From a virus, in the IMG/VR virus record IMGVR_UViG_3300035002_000022, positions 6,192 through 70,191 of that record: DNA of 64,000 nt; one strand, 5' to 3'. The translations under genes and the position numbers were made by a program. This document shows, piece after piece, positions 8,779-17,472 of the stretch. The notes beneath the pieces are model-generated. The model was given only the letters and a program-made list of their open reading frames with translations. It was not told where the DNA came from and made no database searches. Numbering within the stretch: the first letter of the stretch is position 1; every line of letters starts with the position of its first letter.

Positions 8779-8954
8779 TGGTACGCACAGCGATCGCCAC
8801 TTACTACTTCGTCATGCTCTGGATTGCCATGCAGATTCTTACGCCTGGGTTGATTGCGCCTGCCAACCAGGAAATTCAACGGGCGACAGGGTGGGATCTG
8901 CCAAGCATGGGTAAAGACTCAAGTCAGATGCAGCCACCGACACCGAAGGAGTGA
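8778..8954 (+). CDS. small single-TM protein (58 aa, read by hand)
   Basis: TGATG coupling; MVRTAIATYYFVMLWIAMQILTPGLI...PKE. Confidence 0.55.
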   Translation: MVRTAIATYYFVMLWIAMQILTPGLIAPANQEIQRATGWDLPSMGKDSSQMQPPTPKE

Positions 8955-8957
8955 GCA

Positions 8958-10682
8958 ATGGCTGAGAACGCTGACTTAGTAAGAGCCCTTACAAAAATAA
9001 ATCAACGGCTGGATGGCATTGAGTCAGGACTAAAACGATCGCAGTCATCAACGAAGCGCGATCGCAAGAGCAAAGATCATGATGCTGAAAAGTTGGTCAA
9101 GTTTGTCAATCGCAAACTTAAAGCAGCTTCAGACGACATCCAGGAAGCGCTCTATCTCAATACGCTAGGCTTTCATCTGATTGCGCCGTGGGTTTGTATT
9201 GGAGTGCTGCTAGTGGGACAGCAAGCAAAAACGCTAGACCCGAAGGATTGGGTGCGCGTGGTCTTGACGATGATTAACCCTGTGGCTGGTCTAGTGCCGA
9301 TGGACAGCAAGACACCTGAACCGAGCGGCGATACTGTGATTGATCTTGCCAAAGTTACAGCAGGCGAGAAGATTGGCAGTTACGAAGTCACTAGTGGCTA
9401 CGGACCGCGTAACTCCCCCGGTGGTATCGGATCGACTTCCCATAAAGGTGTAGATGTGGCTTTGCCATCTGGCACACCCATTAAAATGCCTCTAGATGGC
9501 AACGTGAAATGCCATGACCAAAGTGAAGGCAATGCAGCAGGCACTTATGCAGTGATTGTGCCGACTGAAGGCACTTATGAGTTTATGGCAGCGCATCTGT
9601 CACAGTGCAACTCAGGCACCTATAAAGCAGGAGCTACGATCGCCCTTTCTGGTAACACAGGCAATTCAACTGGACCGCATTTGCATTGGGCGCAAAAGCC
9701 CAAAGGTGGTAGCTACATGCCGCCGATGCGGGGTTACTTAGAATTAGCTGTGGTGGGGCAAGCGTCGATCGTTGTGGCAAATCCAGTGATCAAGGCGATC
9801 GCCACCCAGGAATCAGGCGGCGACTATACTCAGGTCAACCGTGATTCTGGAGCGCTAGGCAAGTATCAGATCATGCCTGACAATGTGCCGTCCTGGTCGA
9901 AGGAGTGCTTAGGGCAATCGATTAGTGCTCAACAGTTTTTAGGTAGTTCCAGTCTCCAAGAAAAAATTGCGACTTGCAAACTAACACAAGAGTTTGAGCG
10001 ATCGCGTAAGGCTGGTGAGAGCAGTTTTGAAGCCTGTCGATCGACCGCTGCATTCTGGTACTCAGGCAATGCCAGTAATAAGAACAGCAGCAAGCCTCAA
10101 GGCGGTTATCCGTCTATTCAGGATTACACGATTCAGGTTTGCTCTAAGGTTGGCAAGCAGACTGAGGTTGCTGCTAGTCGTGGAGCACAGACGACCTTTG
10201 CAATATATGCAGGTTACGAAATCGGTAGCGCTGTGAGTCTTGGCAGAGGGAAGCTGCTCACGAATTACCACGTGGTCAAAGGCAGCAATACAGTTAACGT
10301 CAAATTATCAAACGGCTTTATTACTCGCGCCAAGTTAATCAAGCAATCCCCATCAGAAGATTTAGCGTTGTTGTCAGTCTCTACTGCGTTGCCTGGTGTG
10401 CCGCTGGCGGCAAATGTGCGTCAGGGTGAGCGAATTACAGCGATCGGTAATCAGCTTGGCAAGATGACACGCACAACGGGTAGTGTGAGCGCTATCAGTG
10501 CCATGGTGCAGCATTCAGCCCATCTCGATCGCGGCAACAGCGGTGGGGCATTGCTGAACGATCGAGGGCAGTTAGTCGGCATCAATGCTCAATGTGATGC
10601 TGATGAGCGTGGCAATTGCAAAGCTGGCGGCAATGGTTTTGCAATTCCAGTCAATAAAGTCAGGAGGTTCATCGATGGCTGA
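8958..10682 (+). CDS. multidomain cell-wall hydrolase: TM + M23 peptidase + lysozyme-like domain + trypsin-like (S1) protease
   Basis: HKGVD and HLH (M23); QESGG..GALGKYQ (lysozyme-like); TNYHVV, EDLALL, GNSGG (His-Asp-Ser triad). Confidence 0.85.
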   Translation: MAENADLVRALTKINQRLDGIESGLKRSQSSTKRDRKSKDHDAEKLVKFVNRKLKAASDDIQEALYLNTLGFHLIAPWVCIGVLLVGQQAKTLDPKDWVRVVLTMINPVAGLVPMDSKTPEPSGDTVIDLAKVTAGEKIGSYEVTSGYGPRNSPGGIGSTSHKGVDVALPSGTPIKMPLDGNVKCHDQSEGNAAGTYAVIVPTEGTYEFMAAHLSQCNSGTYKAGATIALSGNTGNSTGPHLHWAQKPKGGSYMPPMRGYLELAVVGQASIVVANPVIKAIATQESGGDYTQVNRDSGALGKYQIMPDNVPSWSKECLGQSISAQQFLGSSSLQEKIATCKLTQEFERSRKAGESSFEACRSTAAFWYSGNASNKNSSKPQGGYPSIQDYTIQVCSKVGKQTEVAASRGAQTTFAIYAGYEIGSAVSLGRGKLLTNYHVVKGSNTVNVKLSNGFITRAKLIKQSPSEDLALLSVSTALPGVPLAANVRQGERITAIGNQLGKMTRTTGSVSAISAMVQHSAHLDRGNSGGALLNDRGQLVGINAQCDADERGNCKAGGNGFAIPVNKVRRFIDG

Positions 10683-11103
10683 TTTAGGTTACTACGCACG
10701 GCTAGAAAGGATGAGGCGGCATCATAAGCGCTGGCTTTGGCTGGTTTGTGGGCGCTGCTGCATCACATTGCAAGCGATCGGGCAACAGCGCGGCGGCTAT
10801 ACAGGGTACGCCTGCCATCACCTGAACTATGGTAGCGATCGCTTATGGTGGTCTGTTTTACCAGTTTCTAAAAGCTTTCACGACAGCGTTTTGCACGGCG
10901 TTTTATCTGGTGGTCTTTCGGCAGGCGAACAACGACGCAAGCATGGGCGCTACCCAAATCTTTTGCAAACGCTGTTGCATTGGTGGGGGAGGTTTGTGCT
11001 GTTGTGCCTGCTGCTATGTCGTTTTGTGTTGACGGTATGGCGCTACAAGTTTGAGTTAGCAACTATGACAGCGATCGGTCTTGTTCTGCACCGTTTTCTT
11101 TGA
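10675..11103 (+). CDS. HNH-like domain protein with C-terminal hydrophobic helices
   Basis: GGAGG RBS before ATG 10675; CHHLNY...VSKSFHDSVLH; two hydrophobic C-terminal segments. Confidence 0.5.
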   Translation: MADLGYYARLERMRRHHKRWLWLVCGRCCITLQAIGQQRGGYTGYACHHLNYGSDRLWWSVLPVSKSFHDSVLHGVLSGGLSAGEQRRKHGRYPNLLQTLLHWWGRFVLLCLLLCRFVLTVWRYKFELATMTAIGLVLHRFL

Positions 11104-11121
11104 TTCAACTGGAGCAATAAA

Positions 11122-11427
11122 ATGTCGAAGATTCTTATAGTGATTTTTGGACTTACTTTTCTAGGCGCTTTGCCTGCTTCTGCTGCAACTAAAGTTTGTG
11201 TTAATGGAGGCAGCACAGGTTTATCTGTACGTGGTGCCGACCAAAAAGCTATTGCCAAGGTGCCAATCGGTTCTCGGTGGTGTGGCGTGACAAATTATAA
11301 GGTTAAGTACAGGATTGATTTTGGGCGTGATGGCTTGGTTGATTATGTTGATGTCGCTTTTCTTAATGGCACAAAAGGTTATGTAGCAAAAACTTTTTTA
11401 TTCCCTTTTAAGATTCAACGTCGTTGA
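11122..11427 (+). CDS. secreted SH3b-like protein
   Basis: Signal peptide ending ASA-A; GLSVRG...KGYVAKTFL pattern. Confidence 0.55.
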   Translation: MSKILIVIFGLTFLGALPASAATKVCVNGGSTGLSVRGADQKAIAKVPIGSRWCGVTNYKVKYRIDFGRDGLVDYVDVAFLNGTKGYVAKTFLFPFKIQRR

Positions 11428-11879
11428 CACTCCCACGGCTAAAGCACGATCGGTTTTGCGGGTTCTCAGCCTCTCCCTTTTCTATAAAATTGTTATGTGT
11501 TCCAGGTTGCCCCATGCAAAGTAGATCTAAGCCCGTTGTCGTCGGTGGCAGAGTTAAAGCAGAAGAAGTGAATGCGCCTGCTGAATGGCTAGAAGCGATC
11601 GCTGCTGCCATGTTTCATATCGGTGCTCAATGTCGGCGGGCGCATAAAGCGCTGGTCGATCGCTCTAGTGCTGATTCCGACTTCATGACGGATGAAGAGA
11701 TTAAGGATAAGCTCGACATGATGCATCAGAAGTATTTGGAAGCGCAGGGCGCATTGCGAAATCAGCTTTCGGAGCATCGCGCACTTCGGGCAATCCATTT
11801 CAATCGTAAAGCTGTGAAACGTCGCCTGCAAGAATTGAAAGAGGCAGAAGATAAGCACCTATACAGGAGGGAGGGCTGA
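11424..11879 (+). CDS. helical hypothetical protein (start uncertain)
   Basis: ORF; TGATG-coupled to the next gene. Confidence 0.45.
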   Translation: MTLPRLKHDRFCGFSASPFSIKLLCVPGCPMQSRSKPVVVGGRVKAEEVNAPAEWLEAIAAAMFHIGAQCRRAHKALVDRSSADSDFMTDEEIKDKLDMMHQKYLEAQGALRNQLSEHRALRAIHFNRKAVKRRLQELKEAEDKHLYRREG

Positions 11880-12277
11880 TGGACGCTAAGACACTAGCAG
11901 CATTGTTAGACGGTCGGCAGATGGGCGATGAGATTACTAAAGAGGAAGAAGCGATCGCCAAAGAGCATAGCTTGGTTGTAGCGTTTGGCTACTCCGACGA
12001 CAATGTTGAATTTAGAGGCGCGATCGATGATGAGGTAGGGGCTTACGATGGCGCTGAAGTAGCAATAGTAAACGGGGCGATCGTCACTTCTAAGGATGAG
12101 TTAGCTTTCTTGGCGAAGTATCCTACTGCATCCCTGACAGGCGTTCGCAAAGTTACAGCAACATGGGAACCAGAAGGGCTAGATGCTTCATGGCTGATTG
12201 ACACTGAAGGTGGCGAACCATTTGATATTTACGAGGACGAGAAATTGTTCTGTCGCGGCATGGTGTTCAAGCTATGA
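11879..12277 (+). CDS. phage hypothetical protein
   Basis: 132 aa; GGAGG RBS; VVAFGYSDDNVEFRGAIDDE motif; coupled on both sides. Confidence 0.65.
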   Translation: MDAKTLAALLDGRQMGDEITKEEEAIAKEHSLVVAFGYSDDNVEFRGAIDDEVGAYDGAEVAIVNGAIVTSKDELAFLAKYPTASLTGVRKVTATWEPEGLDASWLIDTEGGEPFDIYEDEKLFCRGMVFKL

Positions 12278-12480
12278 ACGACGATCGCAACCTAGACGCA
12301 ATTAAGGATAGGGCTACGACAGATGCGATCGCGCAGGCTCTGAGCACTATCGACAGCACTCTGGAGTATTGCGCTGTCTTTGTGGAAAGCAATATCGAGT
12401 ATTTTGTGGACCCGAAGGACAAGCGGTTGGCAGGTACGATCGCGCAAGCTTTGAGGAACAGGAAGGTGAGCAATGGATAG
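12274..12480 (+). CDS. hypothetical protein
   Basis: 68 aa; overlapping start/stop on both sides. Confidence 0.55.
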   Translation: MNDDRNLDAIKDRATTDAIAQALSTIDSTLEYCAVFVESNIEYFVDPKDKRLAGTIAQALRNRKVSNG

Positions 12481-12838
12481 TGATCGTTTTGTGATTGAGT
12501 CGATCGACCTTGCGCGTAATCTTTTTGGGCTATCAACTGAAGATGCAGTCGCAGCGCTAATCAGGCTTAAAATGATTCGTGGTTTGACATGGCAAGGGAT
12601 ACGCGATCGTCTTCGGGCTGATTTTATTTATTTGGATGCTGACGGGCAACTAGAAACCACACCCCACTTCACATCGATCGATTGGGATGATGTCATCCAA
12701 ACGCTCACACCACCACGCCGATCGACCTGTGTTGGCTGCCGTTTTTACCACGGGGAAGTGCATCGGGGCACGCAGTTGATCTGCGCGGTGCATCCGAAAG
12801 GCTGGCAAGGTGATGTTTGCCCTGATTGGGACAGCTAA
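12473..12838 (+). CDS. Cys-rich C-terminal (DUF6464-like) protein
   Basis: CVGCRFYHG..LICAVHPKG..CPDW. Confidence 0.6.
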   Translation: MDSDRFVIESIDLARNLFGLSTEDAVAALIRLKMIRGLTWQGIRDRLRADFIYLDADGQLETTPHFTSIDWDDVIQTLTPPRRSTCVGCRFYHGEVHRGTQLICAVHPKGWQGDVCPDWDS

Positions 12839-12847
12839 GGCTCCAAA

Positions 12848-13213
12848 ATGAATAAAACATTGAGACGATGGTTGATTTCTGGTTGCATGGTTGGCGCTTG
12901 CTCGATCGCGCTATTCTGGCAAGCCCCGCAAGTAGTTAACTCAAATTACTGGTACTTAGGTTTTGCGATGGATGGCGTAGCGATCGTGATGCCCGCTGCA
13001 TTAGGCATGAACATTTTCAGGCGTATGCGCCGAGCAACAAAAATGGCTGTGTTGATCTACAGCCAGACGAAGGTATGGGTTTCAAGCTGGGACTGCTTAA
13101 CCTTGCCGCAGATGACCGGGGATGAGTTGTTAGAGCGATTGGCAATATTCAAAGCCGATCGTGAGTTGTTTGAATCACCGTTGAATGTTCTTAGAGGCAA
13201 AAAAGTTAGCTAA
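12848..13213 (+). pseudogene. 5' part of a two-TM protein gene, probably interrupted by the RHH-tnpB element
   Basis: Joining GTTAG 13205-13209 to GTTAG 14630-14634 restores an open frame to TGA 14743. Confidence 0.55.
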
Positions 13214-13403
13214 GAGCGTGCTCTTCCCTCCTATTCGCCAACAATTGCTTGCTTTCGGGAGTGAGTGAATCTTCCAGTCCTCTCACCCACTCCCGAATCA
13301 ATTCCGTTTTTGACCGCGCCACCTGATCTGAGTAGACTTCCAAAATGTCCATCTCACCAACCAAAATATCTGCGTTCAACCTGACACCTTTTCGCTTTGT
13401 CAT
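13206..13403 (-). CDS. ribbon-helix-helix (CopG-like) protein
   Basis: VRLNADILVGEMDILEVYSDQVARSKTELIREWVRGL. Confidence 0.7.
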   Translation of the reverse strand: MTKRKGVRLNADILVGEMDILEVYSDQVARSKTELIREWVRGLEDSLTPESKQLLANRREEHALS

Positions 13404-13407
13404 TTGC

Positions 13408-13433
13408 TATAATGTGAGTAGTAGTTACTCACA
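13408..13433 (+). promoter_or_regulatory. tnpB -10 box plus palindromic operator
   Basis: TATAAT 13408-13413, then perfect inverted repeat TGTGAGTA-N5-TACTCACA (13413-13433). Confidence 0.65.
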
Positions 13434-13440
13434 GCTTATC

Positions 13441-14544
13441 ATGCTCCTAGGTTTCAAGACGGAACTCAGGTTAAACAACGAGCAGCGCATAGTGTTGGCG
13501 AAACATGCTGGCACTGCTCGTCACGCTTACAACCAGGGTCTTGCTTTAACCAAACAGGTGCTTGATTGGAATACTACACACCCAGAAGATAAGATCAAGT
13601 TCCCGACAGCAATTGACTTACACAAGTGGTACGTTGCATCTATCAAATCTGCCAATCCTTGGATATACGAAGTGTCTAAATGCGCTGGTCAATACGCGCT
13701 GAAAGCGTTGCGTGATGGGTGGGATCGGTGCTTTAAGAAAATCTCTAAGCCGCCAAAATTCAAGAAAAAAGGACAGCGTGATGCATTTAGATTAGATGGT
13801 ACGATCAAAATTTTAGGCGTTAATCATCTTCAACTGCCCGTAATTGGAGTGTTGCGGACGTTTGAAAACTTGCCGCAATCGTTCAAGCCAAAGAGTGTCA
13901 CGATTAGTCGTCAGTCCGATAAGTGGTTTGTTAGTTTCAATCTAGAAGTTGAGCCAACCCAGACAGAAAAAACCAATCTATCTGTAGGTGTTGACCTTGG
14001 CGTGAAGCATTTTGCTACCTTGTCTAACGGTCAAGTGTTCGACGTGCCTGCGTTGTACAAGCGGCTCAAAGTGAAGATTGCGAAGTTGCAATATGTCAAC
14101 CGTCATAAAGTCATTGGCTCTCAAGGTTATAAAGACTTTCAAGCTAAAGTCGCTCGACTTCACTACCGTTTGTTTTGCGCTCGCAAGGACTTCTTAAATA
14201 AGCTGACAACCTATCTAGCCAAAACTTTTCAGGTCGTCTGCATTGAAAATCTGAACGTATCGGGGATGCTGAAGTTTGGCAGGCTGGCGGGTGCTGTAGC
14301 CATGCTGGGCTTTTACGAGTTCCGTAGGCAACTGGCTTATAAGTGCAAGCTTTACGGTTCTCGACTGTCTGTAATCGGACGCTGGGAGCCTTCTAGTAAA
14401 CTACATCACAAGTGTGGTTGGAAGCATGAAACGCTCAAACTCTCAGACAGAATTTTCTACTGTCCTGAGTGTGATGAATCAATTGACCGTGATCTAAATG
14501 CGTCTCTGAATATAGAGCGCATCGGGCTGAGTCTCAGTTCGTGA
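13441..14544 (+). CDS. tnpB: RNA-guided endonuclease TnpB (IS607-like)
   Basis: Start MLLGFKTEL; RuvC-I GVDLG, RuvC-II IENL, Zn finger HxxC..CxxC, RuvC-III DRDLNA. Confidence 0.92.
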   Translation: MLLGFKTELRLNNEQRIVLAKHAGTARHAYNQGLALTKQVLDWNTTHPEDKIKFPTAIDLHKWYVASIKSANPWIYEVSKCAGQYALKALRDGWDRCFKKISKPPKFKKKGQRDAFRLDGTIKILGVNHLQLPVIGVLRTFENLPQSFKPKSVTISRQSDKWFVSFNLEVEPTQTEKTNLSVGVDLGVKHFATLSNGQVFDVPALYKRLKVKIAKLQYVNRHKVIGSQGYKDFQAKVARLHYRLFCARKDFLNKLTTYLAKTFQVVCIENLNVSGMLKFGRLAGAVAMLGFYEFRRQLAYKCKLYGSRLSVIGRWEPSSKLHHKCGWKHETLKLSDRIFYCPECDESIDRDLNASLNIERIGLSLSS

Positions 14545-14655
14545 AGGCTTGTGGACGTAGAAGTGCCGTCACCTACGGTTGAAGCAAGTAAATTTCAGTT
14601 TGTTCGCAAATGTAAGTAAACTATGGACGGTTAGAAGCTTTGTCGAAAGATTGCA
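14500..14655 (+). ncRNA. TnpB reRNA/omegaRNA with right-flank guide (limits approximate)
   Basis: GCTTGTGGACGTAGAAGTGCCGTCACCTACGGTTGAAGCAAG tail resembles IS607-type right ends. Confidence 0.55.
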
Positions 14656-14743
14656 TACGATCGCTGGTTTGGAAGTGCCAAATCTTGATCCCTACGATTA
14701 CGACAAAGACCCTGATAGCATTGAGAAGGTTATAGATGACTGA
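14630..14743 (+). pseudogene. 3' remnant of the gene split by the RHH-tnpB element
   Basis: 37 open codons VRSFVERLHT...KVIDD; stop overlaps the next start (ATGACTGA). Confidence 0.5.
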
Positions 14744-14966
14744 AACTATCGATCTAATTGCTAAATACCGTCTGACGATCGTGCCAGACGATGAAGATGA
14801 TGCCGTTTGGTACGCTGGTGTATTTTCATACGACTACTTTTCGACGTATGAGATATACGCTGCATTAGAAGGCGAGCTTGAGCGGCTAGGTACTGGCAGA
14901 ACGATCGACGAAGCCGTAACCGCAGCAGTAGCACTGATAGAAGCGGCTAATTCGGCATTACACTGA
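14736..14966 (+). CDS. small acidic hypothetical protein
   Basis: 76 aa; coupled start. Confidence 0.5.
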   Translation: MTETIDLIAKYRLTIVPDDEDDAVWYAGVFSYDYFSTYEIYAALEGELERLGTGRTIDEAVTAAVALIEAANSALH

Positions 14967-15228
14967 TCGTCGGCGTACCCTGATCAGTAGTATTTAGCGC
15001 TACAGGCTTCCCCTGCCCATTCGCATCGATTTCTATGGCACCAGTCGAGATGCTACGGCAGGTATATATTCTGCCACTGCCATCGTTTGCACGTACCTGA
15101 TATAGTTCGCCTGCCACGCCAACTACTGTACCTGTTGTGGGTGGCTGTGGGACGGCATTGGCGCGATCGTTGTAGCGACTGCGGGCAAGATCTAACTGAT
15201 TGCGTAGGTTAGCAGTAACGTCAGACAT
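14947..15228 (-). CDS. small putative tail/baseplate protein
   Basis: Last gene of the third tail block; N-terminus paralogous to that of 15235..16698. Confidence 0.5.
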   Translation of the reverse strand: MSDVTANLRNQLDLARSRYNDRANAVPQPPTTGTVVGVAGELYQVRANDGSGRIYTCRSISTGAIEIDANGQGKPVALNTTDQGTPTISVMPN

Positions 15229-15234
15229 TGTTAA

Positions 15235-16698
15235 TTAAATTTGCCCTGCGTTAAACGTCAAAATTTTAATCGTATTGTCAGCACTGCCTAACCCTTTGAC
15301 CTTCACTCGCTTAACCCGTTTAACTTTTTTCTCGATCAGTTTATAGGCAGGGTTGGTCGTGCAATTTTCAGCCGAACCAGTGTAGTTAGGATTAGTCTTG
15401 AGGTCAAAGTATCGCAAGTTTATTTGGATGTCTTCGAGGCTGACGAGGTTAGAGGCGATCGCGCCATAGGTGTAAACTGCTTCGCCAACCAAATCATCAA
15501 GCGGCGAATCTTCCCCTGTGATGGGGTCGATCAAGTACAGCCCTTTTGTGAGCTTCAAGTTAGTCAAATTGCGATGGGTGAAGCATTGGAGTTTAACGTT
15601 CAGCTTGCCTGCCATCACGAGGGCGGCAAGGTCAAGCTCCTCTGTTTTGGTTTTGGAGGCAGCGATCGCGTAAAACAGATTCTGCGTTTCTTGTAAAAAC
15701 GTCTCCAGTGAAACTGCCTGAGTCCAACTGTAGATAGTCTCACTACTTGTTAAGTCAGAAGTGCCAACGATTTCAAAGAGGCTCATTTTGCACCAATCGT
15801 CAGCAGACCCGCCATCATTGCCAGCGCCGCCGTATTTCAGCACCACGTAACTGAGGGAGGCTGATTTGTGAATGATGTAGGGCTTTGCATCAAGAGGCTG
15901 GTTAGAGGCAAACTTCTTCAGCCTGATCGGTACTGTTGCTTTACCGCCGTTGTACCAAAACTCAAAGCTGCTCGTAGGATTCGGCGTAGAGTCAGGCGGT
16001 GGCAAAACAACGTCGAAAGCACCAACTCTTTGCGACCAGTTATCCAGCTCAGGATGATCTGGATAAGTTCTGTCAAGACGCAGGTTTAACAAAAAAGAGC
16101 CGCCGCCATATTGCAAAGTTTGCTGATTTGTTACAGTAACTTGGCGTATAGACCCATAACCAGTAATGAACACAAATGTGTCTTCATTGAGACTTTGACT
16201 AGTTAAAAAAGGTTGAACACTTGCACCACCAAGAAACGATCGCGGACTAGTAAAGCTGAATCCTGCACTATTTGTCTCCGTATAAGATACATAGACTGAA
16301 CCGAAAGCGGTTCCGCCCACATTGCCGCCGCCTGACACTGGTGAAGCACAGACGATCGCCGTACTCCCTGTCACAGTCTTGCTAAACACGTACCCAATCT
16401 TTGTCTTAACTGCTGTCTTTTCTTCTGCCACCGCTTGCCGCCTTCTCACTGGCATCTCATTAGCAGTATTGCCGCGCACAGTCACCGGATCGCCCAGCCC
16501 GATCGCGCCATTGGTGATCGCATTTTTGGTTGTAACAGTGCCATTGTGACCGCGCACCACCACGCGATCGTCTGACCAGGCAGTGACAAAACTTTGCGAC
16601 TGAGTAGGGTCGTTATGCTTGGCTAAAACCTGCTTATTGTAATCGCCCCGCTTAGTATTTAGAAGGCTCCGCAGGTTGTCAGTAACATCATCAGGCAT
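15235..16698 (-). CDS. putative tail/receptor-binding structural protein
   Basis: 487 aa, Ser/Thr/Gly-rich, beta-rich; coupled to the upstream tail-fibre-like gene. Confidence 0.5.
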   Translation of the reverse strand: MPDDVTDNLRSLLNTKRGDYNKQVLAKHNDPTQSQSFVTAWSDDRVVVRGHNGTVTTKNAITNGAIGLGDPVTVRGNTANEMPVRRRQAVAEEKTAVKTKIGYVFSKTVTGSTAIVCASPVSGGGNVGGTAFGSVYVSYTETNSAGFSFTSPRSFLGGASVQPFLTSQSLNEDTFVFITGYGSIRQVTVTNQQTLQYGGGSFLLNLRLDRTYPDHPELDNWSQRVGAFDVVLPPPDSTPNPTSSFEFWYNGGKATVPIRLKKFASNQPLDAKPYIIHKSASLSYVVLKYGGAGNDGGSADDWCKMSLFEIVGTSDLTSSETIYSWTQAVSLETFLQETQNLFYAIAASKTKTEELDLAALVMAGKLNVKLQCFTHRNLTNLKLTKGLYLIDPITGEDSPLDDLVGEAVYTYGAIASNLVSLEDIQINLRYFDLKTNPNYTGSAENCTTNPAYKLIEKKVKRVKRVKVKGLGSADNTIKILTFNAGQI

Positions 16699-17348
16699 TA
16701 CAAATAATCGTCAATTTTTAGCAGGTAGGCAGGGAAAGTAAACGCGAAATCAGCACCACCGGAAGCGGTCGGTGGTGTGTAGGAATTAGGCGTTTTGACC
16801 GTGACCGTGACCGTACCTGAAGCCGTAGCCCGTTTAGAAAGCACGATCGTTGTACTGGTCGGAATCGCCAGAATCGTCGTCTCCGATGGGATGCCAGTAC
16901 CCGTGATGGTCTGCCCGACACTTAAAGCTGAGAAGCTATTGGTCGTGCTGATGTTGGGTGAGGCAGAGACGGTAGTGGTAGAGGCGATCGTTGTGTCAGT
17001 CGTAAGCTCGATCGCGTCAATGATGGGGTCAGATGACGCATAACTACCACCGATCCGCTTGGTAAACCCAATGTGAGTGATGGCAGTAGCAGCCCCTGCA
17101 TAAAGTCCCGTCCAGGTTAGAGACGTGACACTGGGGACTGTTTTGGCACCTGAACCATCGGCAGACGGTGAACTAAGTGTAAAGTTTTGACGGCTAACAT
17201 TACCACCACTGGCAACGGTAAGATCGGCTCCTGTGGTGGCAGATTCGGCAGGCGCTGCGGTCAACAGATGAGCGTCGATCGTGGTTGAGCCCGGTAGGTA
17301 GGCAGTCAGAAAGTCCAACGACAAGCGATTTGGGATAACAGAGGGCAT
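16698..17348 (-). CDS. tail-fibre-like structural protein
   Basis: AHLLTAAP...VSRQNFTL...LTWTG..AITHIG N-domain plus LSVGQTITGTGIP beta-sandwich insert. Confidence 0.6.
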   Translation of the reverse strand: MPSVIPNRLSLDFLTAYLPGSTTIDAHLLTAAPAESATTGADLTVASGGNVSRQNFTLSSPSADGSGAKTVPSVTSLTWTGLYAGAATAITHIGFTKRIGGSYASSDPIIDAIELTTDTTIASTTTVSASPNISTTNSFSALSVGQTITGTGIPSETTILAIPTSTTIVLSKRATASGTVTVTVKTPNSYTPPTASGGADFAFTFPAYLLKIDDYL

Positions 17349-17472
17349 GAGAAGAAGCAGTGACGATGCTTATATGATGCCACTTGTCAAGTGTTTCGCT
17401 TCATTGTTAGAGCGCTAGTACAGTTGATCCTTGCCGATCGCCTCTTGCAGTGGCTAGGCTAAAGCGAAAACA

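Larger units (their letters stand above)
13210..14634 (+). mobile_element. non-autonomous IS607-like element (RHH + tnpB); ends approximate
   Basis: tnpB plus downstream reRNA-like tail; GTTAG at both junctions; no transposase. Confidence 0.65.

Noticed and set aside
13345-13440. Longer tnpB start at 13345
   Set aside because: Overlaps the divergent RHH gene and promoter; ATG 13441 gives the family-typical MLLGFKTEL start
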